Source: Patescibacteria group bacterium (lineage in GTDB: Bacteria > Patescibacteriota > Minisyncoccia > Phycocordibacterales > CSBR16-119). From it: DNA of 64,000 bases. The translations under genes were made by a program, and so were the position numbers. The notes under the pieces are model-generated. The model was not told the origin of the DNA, did no database searches, and saw only the letters and a list, made by a program, of their open reading frames with translations. The stretch covers positions 1,676-65,675 of the forward strand of contig JBPOJJ010000002.1 in NCBI GenBank assembly GCA_052033715.1, read 5' to 3'. Within the stretch, counting starts at the first letter, position 1; the number at the start of each line of letters is the position of its first letter. Positions 47,214 to 55,860 of the stretch are shown one piece after another.

Positions 47214-47849
47214 GAATTCTTCTTCTTTTCCTATTTCGGGTATTTTGTAAGCAATATTGTTTTTTTCGAGAAACGTTGGTGGAATCTTGGAAAGAAATGC
47301 CGCACTTTTAATATTCCAGTCATGAACTGGGAAACAGATTCTAGGAGCGAGAGCAATCGCATAATCAATTGAGTCTTTTATCCGCAGCCATGGCGCGAGA
47401 ACGGGTAGAGCTAAAATGTCTACAGGCTTGCCCGGATTCACAAAAGCATCTCCAGGATAAAACAATTTGTTGTCGAAAAAGTATCCAGTATTTTGAACCA
47501 TTCCGAAGTCTTCGTAAATTTCTGCGTGCTGATCACCGTGCCCCTCGAGATGAACTCCGGCAAAATCTCCATTTTCACCATCTTCGAGTTTTTGATATTT
47601 TATTCCAGCTTCGTCGAGAAGCTTCCCCACTCCCGTATTTGTCACAACGATTGCGGTTGGATTATTCGTGAGAATATTTTTCAATGAATCAACGTGGATA
47701 TGATCGGCGTGTTCATGAGTAATAACAACCACATCAATATTTCGTTCGAGTTCTTGTTCGGAAATTGTATAAGATCCAGGATCAGTCATAATCCTTTTGC
47801 CATTACTTTCTATCACCAAACAACAATGTCCTAACTTTTTTATTTTCAT
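47211..47849 (-). CDS. MBL-fold metallo-hydrolase
   Basis: 212 aa; HxHxDH motif (ITHEHADHIH). Confidence 0.75.
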   Translation of the reverse strand: MKIKKLGHCCLVIESNGKRIMTDPGSYTISEQELERNIDVVVITHEHADHIHVDSLKNILTNNPTAIVVTNTGVGKLLDEAGIKYQKLEDGENGDFAGVHLEGHGDQHAEIYEDFGMVQNTGYFFDNKLFYPGDAFVNPGKPVDILALPVLAPWLRIKDSIDYAIALAPRICFPVHDWNIKSAAFLSKIPPTFLEKNNIAYKIPEIGKEEEF

Positions 47850-47927
47850 AAAAACATTTTAACAGGCGCTTAAACTATTTGACAAATCCAAATATGTATG
47901 CTAGTTTACCACACAAACGAGTTCCCG

Positions 47928-48335
47928 ATGAAATACATCCTCTCCCTTGTAGTCGGCCTCCTTTACGGAGGATGGCCAATCCTCGCCAGCAAATCCGGGG
48001 CTAAGCCGTTCTGGATCTCCCTGTCGATATCTCTCATGACGGTCGTAACCATCCTTGTGATGGGAAACAAGAACGTCATGACGAATATCCCGAGCGGTAA
48101 GATGCTCTGGGTACTGGTTATCGCAGGGCTGATGAATGGTGTAGCTACGTGGTACTACGGCCGGCTTGTAGGAACGCCTGGCTGGAACGTGTCCACACTG
48201 GTATCGATATCAATGATGGCCCTCGTCTTGACATCGACAATTGGTGGAATCGTTTTCGACCACCAACCAGCGACCACGAGTAAGCTCATTGGCATAACCT
48301 TGGCGCTACCCGCCATATGGCTCATGTCACGCTGA
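47928..48335 (+). CDS. small 4-TM membrane protein (SMR/DMT-like), paralog 2
   Basis: 135 aa from ATG at 47928 (MKYILSLVVGLLYGG...); paralogous to 46733..47158. Confidence 0.5.
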   Translation: MKYILSLVVGLLYGGWPILASKSGAKPFWISLSISLMTVVTILVMGNKNVMTNIPSGKMLWVLVIAGLMNGVATWYYGRLVGTPGWNVSTLVSISMMALVLTSTIGGIVFDHQPATTSKLIGITLALPAIWLMSR

Positions 48336-48354
48336 CACAACCCACCCCAAAGCA

Positions 48355-48390
48355 AAGGGCCCCGTAAGGGGTCCTTCATGCTTTCTAGTT
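48355..48390 (+). terminator. rho-independent terminator with GNRA (GTAA) tetraloop: AAAGGGCCCC-GTAA-GGGGTCCTT + T-tract
   Basis: near-duplicate of the 47176 terminator. Confidence 0.65.
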
Positions 48391-48391
48391 T

Positions 48392-51300
48392 TTATTTTTC
48401 TATTCTTATTTCTTCTCCGCCAAATTTTATTTCCTTTATACCTGCGACTTTTTGGAGTTCGGATTCGAAGCCAGAAATGATTTCTTTGGAAGATTCTGGA
48501 ATTGTAAGAGTGACTAGATCACTTGGCGACAAATCATTATCTTTTCGAAGACCTTGGACACTGCGGAGAAATTCTCGGAAATCGCCCTCCTTCTTTAATT
48601 CGTCAGTGATGTTTGTGTCGAGTGTAATTTCTGATCCAGAAATTATTTCTTTGACGTTTACTTCATCTTTGAGAAGTTCCAAATATTCCCCATCTAACTT
48701 TTGATTTATCGTAAGTGTTGCAAGCGGCTGGCGGACTTTGATATTAGCCTTCTGACGTGCTTCAAGTCCAGCGGTTACAAGTTCACGAGTCACTTTCATC
48801 GATTCTAAAACTTTTTCATCTATCTTTTTCACTTCGGGCCACGACTCGAGATGAACCGATTCTTTCTCGCCACCCACTTTCTGGTATAAATCTTCGGCGA
48901 AAAATGGCGTCATTGGCGCCATAAATTTCGCGAGTTCTGTAAATACGTGTTTGGTTGTCGCGAGAGCGAATTGTTTATCATCTTCGTCATCGCCCTTGAA
49001 GCGATCACGCGAACGGCGGATGTACCACGTCGATAAATCATTTACAAAATCACGAAGCGCACGAGCCGGCTCAAATATTTTGAACTCATCAAACTTCTCG
49101 GTTCCCTCTCTAACCATCTCGGCAAGTTTGGCCAAGATCCAAGCATCGAGAACGTTCGGACTTTTGTTCGGCTCGAAACCAGATTTCATCTCGCCAACAT
49201 ATGTTTCATAGAATTTATGACAATTTAAAATAAGTGTGAATATTTTGCCATGAAGTTCAGCCACCGTTTTCTCATCGAAGTTTTTCGAATCTCCCGGCTG
49301 GTTCACCGAATACATCCACAGACGCAATGTGTCGACGCCGTATTTGTCCATCATCTCCCATGGGTTCACGATGTTGCCAATTGATTTCGACATTTTCTTG
49401 CCCTGCGCGTCGAGAATGTGTCCGAGACAAATACAATTTTTATATGACGCGCCCTTGCCCATCAGTACGCCAACCGCAAGAAGCGTATAGAACCATCCAC
49501 GAGTTTGATCGACGGCTTCGGAGATGAAATCCGCCGGATAGCCCGGACCATCGACATATTCTTTGTTTTCAAACGGATAATGATGTTGTGCAAATGGCAT
49601 CGAGCCTGAGTCAAACCAGACATCCATCACGTCTTTGACTCGACGATATTCCACACCGTCTTTTTCGAGGACAACATCGTCGATGAATGGACGATGGAGA
49701 TCAAGTTCTTTTTTAGTCTCGTTGTTTACATAAACCGTATCGACTTCTCCATTATCAATACCGTGAAAAACTCGGATCGCTTCTTCATTGGACAATCCTC
49801 GCAATAATTTCAAAGCGATTTCATTTGTTCCTTGGTGAGCAAAACAAAGAATGGTCTTGCCGGAGTATTTTTCCAAGACATCATCAAGAAAATCCTGTAC
49901 TCGAGCTTCTAGATCCGCCCAACTTTCTCCGTCACCTCCACGCTTCATAACAAAACGATCTTCGGTGGACATATTCTTATAAGCATTTCGCGAAGCTTTT
50001 ATTGCCGGATCATGCTGTGATTTTTCCTCCCAATCACCGCTTTTTATCTCACCCAGACGCTCGTCGAGCACCATCTCAAATCCTCTTGATTTAGTAAACG
50101 CCTCGGCAGTTTCGCGCGCCCTCAAAATAGGCGAAGAGAAAATCACATCCGGCGTAAGATTATTCATCTTTTCAGCGCTCTGTTTGGCTTGTTCTCTGCC
50201 AAGGTCAGTCAAGTGATGAAGCTCAAGCGCGCTCGAAGACATTTCGAGAACATTGTGTTCAGCTTGGCCATGACGGACAAAAAGTATTTTTGTAAGTTTT
50301 TTCTTGGAATATTTTCGAAGTGTCTCAATCGAATCAACAATGATTTTCTCTCTCTTGTCTTCGGTCTGCCAGATTGGAAGCGGTGTACCCCAATAACGCT
50401 CACGAGAAATCGCCCAGTCTTTGATCTCGCGAAGCCACTCACCAAATCGGCCTTCTTTGATGTGAGATGGCTCCCAGTTTATTTTCTCATTCTGTTTTAC
50501 GAGTTCATCGCGAAGTTCCGACATCCGGATATACCAAGAATCCCGCGCGTAATAAATAAGCGGAGTTTTACATCTCCAGCAATGCGGATATGTGTGTTCG
50601 TAATTTTTCTTCCCAAAGAATAATCCCCTTTTGGTCAGATCGTTGATGATGTCTACCGCGACAAGTGGCTTCCCTGCCTCGTCTTTCTCCATAACAAATC
50701 GGCCAGCGAGAAATTCCACTCCCGGCAAGAATTTACCATCAAGTCCGACAGTGTGAATCTTTGGAAGTCCCTCACGTGTCGCCAACTCAAAGTCGTCCGC
50801 TCCATACATCGGCGCGATGTGTACGATTCCCGTTCCATCTTCGGTTGTGACGAAATCTCCAGCATAGACTTTGAAACTAGCTTCTAGCTTTTCGCTTTTA
50901 GCTTCTAGTGGATAAAGAGGTTCGTACTCCATGCCTATCATCTCACTACCTTTGTGTTCTGCAATAATTTCATAAGGCTCCGTGATGATCGAAAGCATCG
51001 CTTTGGCGACAACCAATATTTCCTCGCCGACTTTCGCTTCGACATACTCGACATCTTTTCCAACAGCTAATGCGACGTTGCCTGGAAGCGTCCATGGTGT
51101 TGTCGTCCAGGCGACGAAATATGCCTTGTCGAATCCTTTGATTGGAAACTTCGCAAAAATCGATAGGTCTTTGACATCTTCATACCCCTGCGCGAGTTCG
51201 TGTGACGACAAAGTTGTCCCGCAACGCGCGCACCATGGCAAGACTTTGAAGTCGGCGTACAATAAATTTTTCTTGTTCACTTCTGAAACGATATTCCAAA

Positions 51301-51781
51301 GTGATTCGATGTAATTTGTATTGAAAGTAAAATACGCATTTTTTTTGTCCACCCAATAACCGATACGATCCGTAAAATCTTCCCAATCTTTGATGTAATC
51401 GAAAACGCTTTGCTTACACTCGGCGTTGAATTTCTCGATGCCGTATTCTTCGATATCCTTCTTCGACTTTAGTCCGAGCTTCTTCTCAATCTGAAGTTCA
51501 ACTGGAAGTCCGTGCGTATCCCAGCCACCCTGGCGGGCGACGTGAAAGCCCTGCATCGTTTTGTAGCGAGGTATGACGTCCTTGAAAGCCCGAGCTTCGA
51601 GATGGTGAAGCGCTGGCTTGGCGTTAGCCGTCGGTGGGCCTTCGAAGAAGACGAATTCGCCTTTTGGGGATTCTTTCGAGAGAGATTTATCAAATATTTT
51701 GTTTTCTGCCCAGAATTTAAGAACCGCTTCTTCTTTTAGAGCGGCGTCAGACTTCTTGGGCACTCCCTGGTCCTTTTCCAT
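48392..51781 (-). CDS. ileS: isoleucyl-tRNA synthetase (type 2/eukaryote-like) carrying an internal histidine-phosphatase (PGAM-like) domain insertion
   Basis: 1129 aa; HIGH-region (PALHHLEARAF), CP1/editing region, WGTPLPIW, DVWFDSGSMPF, KMSKSIGN, anticodon-binding C-terminus; ~195-aa insert with RHG...R...E...H phosphatase motifs. Confidence 0.9.
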   Translation of the reverse strand: MEKDQGVPKKSDAALKEEAVLKFWAENKIFDKSLSKESPKGEFVFFEGPPTANAKPALHHLEARAFKDVIPRYKTMQGFHVARQGGWDTHGLPVELQIEKKLGLKSKKDIEEYGIEKFNAECKQSVFDYIKDWEDFTDRIGYWVDKKNAYFTFNTNYIESLWNIVSEVNKKNLLYADFKVLPWCARCGTTLSSHELAQGYEDVKDLSIFAKFPIKGFDKAYFVAWTTTPWTLPGNVALAVGKDVEYVEAKVGEEILVVAKAMLSIITEPYEIIAEHKGSEMIGMEYEPLYPLEAKSEKLEASFKVYAGDFVTTEDGTGIVHIAPMYGADDFELATREGLPKIHTVGLDGKFLPGVEFLAGRFVMEKDEAGKPLVAVDIINDLTKRGLFFGKKNYEHTYPHCWRCKTPLIYYARDSWYIRMSELRDELVKQNEKINWEPSHIKEGRFGEWLREIKDWAISRERYWGTPLPIWQTEDKREKIIVDSIETLRKYSKKKLTKILFVRHGQAEHNVLEMSSSALELHHLTDLGREQAKQSAEKMNNLTPDVIFSSPILRARETAEAFTKSRGFEMVLDERLGEIKSGDWEEKSQHDPAIKASRNAYKNMSTEDRFVMKRGGDGESWADLEARVQDFLDDVLEKYSGKTILCFAHQGTNEIALKLLRGLSNEEAIRVFHGIDNGEVDTVYVNNETKKELDLHRPFIDDVVLEKDGVEYRRVKDVMDVWFDSGSMPFAQHHYPFENKEYVDGPGYPADFISEAVDQTRGWFYTLLAVGVLMGKGASYKNCICLGHILDAQGKKMSKSIGNIVNPWEMMDKYGVDTLRLWMYSVNQPGDSKNFDEKTVAELHGKIFTLILNCHKFYETYVGEMKSGFEPNKSPNVLDAWILAKLAEMVREGTEKFDEFKIFEPARALRDFVNDLSTWYIRRSRDRFKGDDEDDKQFALATTKHVFTELAKFMAPMTPFFAEDLYQKVGGEKESVHLESWPEVKKIDEKVLESMKVTRELVTAGLEARQKANIKVRQPLATLTINQKLDGEYLELLKDEVNVKEIISGSEITLDTNITDELKKEGDFREFLRSVQGLRKDNDLSPSDLVTLTIPESSKEIISGFESELQKVAGIKEIKFGGEEIRIEK
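49712..50293 (-). other. inserted histidine phosphatase superfamily (branch 1, phosphoglycerate-mutase-like) domain within ileS (approx. residues 497-690)
   Basis: KILFVRHGQAEHN (RHG catalytic His), SSPILRARETAE (Arg), LDERLGEIKSGDWE (Glu), ILCFAHQGTNEIALKLL (second His); located between WGTPLPIWQTEDKREKII and ELDLHRPFIDD...DVWFDSG of the synthetase. Confidence 0.65.
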
Positions 51782-51867
51782 ACCTTTGAATTTAACACGA
51801 AATCAGGCTTTTAAAAAGTTTGTAAAAATGAAATTTTTGGGTTATAAAGTGGGCAAAGCCCAGGAAC

Positions 51868-52128
51868 ATGAACCTCTCCAATATATGGTTTCGTCTGCTT
51901 GGCTCATGCGGCCTAGGCAGACGCGCAAAGATGCGCGAAGCAATGAATCATGTCGCGTCGAATTCTCCCACACCTCTTGCGGGGAAGGCCTTGGCCAACT
52001 ACCTAAGAACGGGGGTCAATCCCGACATGGTGAAGTACAATTTCAGTAGCCGCTGCAAGGGTGACAAGAAACTTGCGGGGATGTTCGAACCACTCTTCAA
52101 CGAGATGGTAGGAGAACTGGAGGCCTGA
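51868..52128 (+). CDS. small GC-rich hypothetical protein (86 aa) with own terminator
   Basis: ORF divergent from ileS, stop codon embedded in hairpin GGAGGCCTGAGAGGGCCTCC followed by T-tract; no recognisable domain. Confidence 0.3.
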   Translation: MNLSNIWFRLLGSCGLGRRAKMREAMNHVASNSPTPLAGKALANYLRTGVNPDMVKYNFSSRCKGDKKLAGMFEPLFNEMVGELEA

Positions 52129-52155
52129 GAGGGCCTCCTTTCCTGTTTTTATATT
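52119..52155 (+). terminator. rho-independent terminator (GGAGGCC-TGAGAG-GGCCTCC + TTTCCTGTTTTTAT)
   Basis: 7-bp GC stem and T-rich tail. Confidence 0.6.
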
Positions 52156-52197
52156 CCGCTAGGTCGGACCTAGCGTAGCGATTTTATGTTTTAAAAA

Positions 52198-53892
52198 TCA
52201 CATCCTGTCAGGAGATTTAATACCGAGAAGTTGCAAACCGTTTTGAATTACAATTCCGACAGATTTCGCGAGCGCTAGATTGTAACTGGTGTTTTTATTT
52301 TCCGGATCAACAAGTTTGGTATTTCCGTACCAAGAGTTAAAAGCTCGAGCAAGTTGTAGAAGATACGTCGCGACGTGATGCGGCGCCCATTCGCTAATTG
52401 CGAGCTCGACGACTTCCGGAAATCTGGCGACCAGCTTCTCGACATCGCTTGGTAAATCTTCAACAACCCTCTCGGCTTTTGGCGCAAGACCTACTTGCGA
52501 AGCCTTTTCCAACACAGAATTGATGCGCGCATTTGTGTATTGCAAATATGGTCCAGAATCGCCTTCGAACGATAACGATGTTTCAGGATCGAAATTTATA
52601 TCTTTACCAGCCATCGTGCGAAGGATCGTGAATTTCAAGGCACCAATAGCGACGGCGTCGGCATCCCGCCCCAGATCAACTTCTTCTCCTGATCTATCGG
52701 AGACTTCAGTAAGCACCGTTTCAAGAACGTCGGCCGCGGTTGGCACGCCTCCAAGACGACTAGACATTTTCTTGCCCTTGAAACTCATGCGACCATGAGT
52801 CTTGTGCAAAGTCTTTTGTTGCCAAGCTTTTTCAATTTTCCCAGCCGCGGCCAAAACGACTTCGTAATAACGCGCCTGCTCCCTGTCGGTTACAAGTATA
52901 GAAATGTCGGGACTGTATCTTTCAAATTTGAGCCACAAAAGTCCAATGTCTTTGGCTTCGTACGTCGGATAACCTTCAGCGTTTATAAAGACTCGAGTGT
53001 GAAGTCCATCAGCTTCGCCTTTGTAGATAACAGCATTTTCTGATTCTTCGAAAATTCCTCCAAGGTTTTGAAGTACTATTTTTTTACCAACGTCTCCGGC
53101 TTCAGATTCATAGACGAAATCGTCGAACGTTGATCCGAGTCTTGCGGTGATATCGAGGAAGTACTGAAGCGTGATGTCTTTGCCGGCGACGTAAGCATCG
53201 TATTCAACTCCCGGAGTCTTTTCATAAATCATTTCGGTGATTTCTTTCACCCGACGCACGATTGATGGATTTTCATCGTAGGCTTTGGTGCCTTCAACGT
53301 AGCAAGTTCCCAAGAAAGCGAGTCTGTCAGAAAGAGTTGGAAGTTGCTTAAGCTCGGAAACACCATGCTCGAGAAGCGCCCAGACAGCTTTACCAATTCC
53401 AAGCGAGACGTCTGATGGATATGACATTTTGGTCACGCGAGCGCCGGACGCGCTGGCGAGTCGTGCAACAGACTCGCCGATAGCGTTGTTCATGACGTGA
53501 CCGACATGAAATGGTTTGAAAAGATTCGGTGATGAATGTTCAACGAGGATATGTTTGCCTGCGTGAACTTCTGATTTACCAAACTGCGAAGTTTGCGCCA
53601 AAATTTTTCCAATTTCTGATTGGAAAAATTTTGGCACCAAGCGAAAGTTTATAAAACCCGCCGCCGTTGTGACAGATTCGACAAGCTCATGCTTATCCAT
53701 CTTCTCGACGATACTTTCAGCCAGAGCCACAGGATTGGTCTTGGTCACTTTGGCCAAAATCATAGCGACGTTCGTCGAATAATCGCCATGAGAAATCTCC
53801 ACCGGATGATCAAGGGTTATTTTCTCTAAGTTTATATCTAACTTTTCCAACGCCTCTCTAACGAGGCTTATGATTATTTCTTTTATTTCCAT
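52198..53892 (-). CDS. argS: arginyl-tRNA synthetase
   Basis: 564 aa; HIGH-type (PFHVGHVMN), ArgRS N-terminal domain and DALR-like anticodon domain. Confidence 0.9.
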   Translation of the reverse strand: MEIKEIIISLVREALEKLDINLEKITLDHPVEISHGDYSTNVAMILAKVTKTNPVALAESIVEKMDKHELVESVTTAAGFINFRLVPKFFQSEIGKILAQTSQFGKSEVHAGKHILVEHSSPNLFKPFHVGHVMNNAIGESVARLASASGARVTKMSYPSDVSLGIGKAVWALLEHGVSELKQLPTLSDRLAFLGTCYVEGTKAYDENPSIVRRVKEITEMIYEKTPGVEYDAYVAGKDITLQYFLDITARLGSTFDDFVYESEAGDVGKKIVLQNLGGIFEESENAVIYKGEADGLHTRVFINAEGYPTYEAKDIGLLWLKFERYSPDISILVTDREQARYYEVVLAAAGKIEKAWQQKTLHKTHGRMSFKGKKMSSRLGGVPTAADVLETVLTEVSDRSGEEVDLGRDADAVAIGALKFTILRTMAGKDINFDPETSLSFEGDSGPYLQYTNARINSVLEKASQVGLAPKAERVVEDLPSDVEKLVARFPEVVELAISEWAPHHVATYLLQLARAFNSWYGNTKLVDPENKNTSYNLALAKSVGIVIQNGLQLLGIKSPDRM

Positions 53893-54425
53893 TATTTCTT
53901 TTTCAATAGATCGGCGTGTTCGGACTTTAACTTTTCGAGCTTCGGCGCGATCACCAGCTGGCAGTACATTTTGTCCTTGTTCTGTTCGTAATAATCGTGA
54001 TGATAGTTCTCGGCTGGATAAAATTCAGGAACCAGTATTAGTTCAGTCACAATCTTTTTGTCGTCAGGCAAAAGTTTATTCCGCTCGGCGATAATCTTGG
54101 CAGCAATGTCTTTTTGTTCGTGTTCTGTGTAAAAAATTGCCGAACGATATTGATTACCAACATCAGCTCCCTGTCGATCAAGAGTCGTCGGGTCGTGACT
54201 ATTAAAGAAAACATTTAAAAGTTCTTCTGTTGAAATGGTGTTTGGATCATATTCGACTTTTGCTGCCTCAGCATGGCCCGTATCGCCCTTGCAGACCTGC
54301 TCGTACGTCGGATGTTCAACGTGTCCACCAATATACCCAGGGCTAACAGACATTACCCCTCGAAGGCTTTTGAAGACCGCCTCGGTGCACCAGAAACATC
54401 CTGCCGCTAGGTATATAGTTTCCAT
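53892..54425 (-). CDS. msrA: peptide methionine sulfoxide reductase MsrA
   Basis: 177 aa; active-site GCFWC motif. Confidence 0.9.
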   Translation of the reverse strand: METIYLAAGCFWCTEAVFKSLRGVMSVSPGYIGGHVEHPTYEQVCKGDTGHAEAAKVEYDPNTISTEELLNVFFNSHDPTTLDRQGADVGNQYRSAIFYTEHEQKDIAAKIIAERNKLLPDDKKIVTELILVPEFYPAENYHHDYYEQNKDKMYCQLVIAPKLEKLKSEHADLLKKK

Positions 54426-54451
54426 ACCCTAATTTTAGCACAAACCCAAGA

Positions 54452-54994
54452 CTAAATCTTGCGACTGTCATATGCCCAATGCAGAAGCGCCTGACGCTGG
54501 CGTGGACGACAAAACAAATCTCCGGAGCTACAATTTGCCGCAATCTGCCCCATATGCCGACGAATGGCATGGAAGCGTCGGATCTGTCGAGTATCTTCTT
54601 TGGGTAGGCGTCTCCCCATATAGTACCGGCAATACCACTGAAACCACCCTCTCGGGTCGTCTTTAGATATCCAACCATTTTTACGCCAGACAGAAAGGGG
54701 CTGACTTGCGTTTATTTTAAACAAATTTATTTTTGGATCACGAGAAGCCTTGGCGAACTTGGCCCGCGTGAACCAGTCTTTCGGAAATTCTTTAGTGCAA
54801 TCGCGCATATATACTCCGCCAAAAACTCCGAGAGCAAGCATTTGTTTGGGTGTTAGATCTGGTTTGAAATCTGGCGCAAAATTTTTACCCACCGGCTCAA
54901 CAAGCTCGTATTTATAGCCTTTTTGCATCTTGTCATTGACTGTTACGACTTTCTTTTTCATAAAAATCATTTTAACATTTTCCAGGTAAGTCAT
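54452..54994 (-). CDS. hypothetical protein (Trp-rich conserved C-terminal motif GWFQWYCRYYMGRR)
   Basis: 180 aa ORF, no domain I can name with confidence. Confidence 0.4.
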   Translation of the reverse strand: MTYLENVKMIFMKKKVVTVNDKMQKGYKYELVEPVGKNFAPDFKPDLTPKQMLALGVFGGVYMRDCTKEFPKDWFTRAKFAKASRDPKINLFKINASQPLSVWRKNGWISKDDPRGWFQWYCRYYMGRRLPKEDTRQIRRFHAIRRHMGQIAANCSSGDLFCRPRQRQALLHWAYDSRKI

Positions 54995-55038
54995 GTGTTA
55001 GAATACTCTTGTTATAAGTTTAACCAAATTTAATTTAC

Positions 55039-55716
55039 ATGAAAGGATTTACTATTTTTATCATCTTGGTCGCCCTTGTCGTTGTCGGATTCTTGGTCTT
55101 GCGAAAACCAGCCACCGCACCAACCACAGAAGATCAAATGGTTGATACAAATCTAAGCAACATAAACACAAAAGACGAAAGCGTTGACGGTTCGAAAGAA
55201 TTTGACGCCTCAGCAAGTTCTGCAACTTGGACTGGATCAAAGAAACTTATTGCCACCTGGATAGACAAAGGGACAATCAAAATCAAATCTGGAAATGCTT
55301 TGTTCGATAAAGGGGCACTTGTTGGTGGACTGGTTGTCTTTGATATGAATTCGATCCAAGCGACAACTACGGGTGCTGGTGGTGGACAAGATAAACTGAG
55401 TGAAAATTTAAAATCAGATGATTTCTTTTCGGCGGAAAAATTCCCTGAAGCCAAATTTGTTATAACTTCTGCGACACATGAAGCTGGAGATACATACATG
55501 TTAACTGGCGATCTAACCATCAAGGGAAAAACTCTACCGACGACATTCCCTGTTGAAGTTGTAACAACAAACGGCAAAGTTACAATCATGGGTAGCGCGA
55601 CAATTGACCGAACTTTGTATGATGTGCGCTTTGGATCGGACAAATTCTTTCCTGACCTTGGAGACAATGTTATAAACGATGAATTTACACTCGAATTTAA
55701 AGCGGTAACTAAATAA
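55039..55716 (+). CDS. YceI-like family protein (secreted/lipid-binding beta-barrel), N-terminal TM/signal anchor
   Basis: 225 aa; YceI-like segments (FDASASSATWTGSK..., LTIKGKTLPTTFPVEV...DRTLYDV). Confidence 0.7.
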   Translation: MKGFTIFIILVALVVVGFLVLRKPATAPTTEDQMVDTNLSNINTKDESVDGSKEFDASASSATWTGSKKLIATWIDKGTIKIKSGNALFDKGALVGGLVVFDMNSIQATTTGAGGGQDKLSENLKSDDFFSAEKFPEAKFVITSATHEAGDTYMLTGDLTIKGKTLPTTFPVEVVTTNGKVTIMGSATIDRTLYDVRFGSDKFFPDLGDNVINDEFTLEFKAVTK

Positions 55717-55729
55717 AGAAAGCCCAAGA

Positions 55730-55760
55730 AAAGCCTTAGAAATAGGGCTTTTCTTATACC
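55730..55760 (+). terminator. putative terminator after yceI-like gene (AAAAGCC-TTAGAAATA-GGCTTTT)
   Basis: stem-loop with T-rich tail. Confidence 0.4.
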
Positions 55761-55769
55761 TGGCTACCA

Positions 55770-55799
55770 TTGACAAGTACCCTATAAATATGGTAGTAT
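55770..55799 (+). promoter_or_regulatory. candidate sigma70 promoter for DUF4407 gene (TTGACA ... TAGTAT, 18-nt spacer)
   Basis: consensus -35, near-consensus -10, ~60 nt upstream of ATG. Confidence 0.35.
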
Positions 55800-55860
55800 G
55801 CGGACCGGCATTAGCACCCTGAAAACCGACAACATCACATAGAACCAAACCACACCCAAC

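Noticed and set aside
51840-52197. Possible tmRNA (ssrA) in the ~360-nt ileS-argS gap: the minus strand contains GGGAGAATTCGACG resembling the tmRNA 5' motif GGATTCGACGGG, and the plus strand has GTTCGAACC T-loop-like sequence
   Set aside because: On the minus strand there are only ~190 nt before running into ileS; no GGGG 5' end, no tRNA-like 3' end with CCA, no tag-peptide reading frame (…ALAA stop) found; the T-loop-like motif lacks a pairing T-stem.
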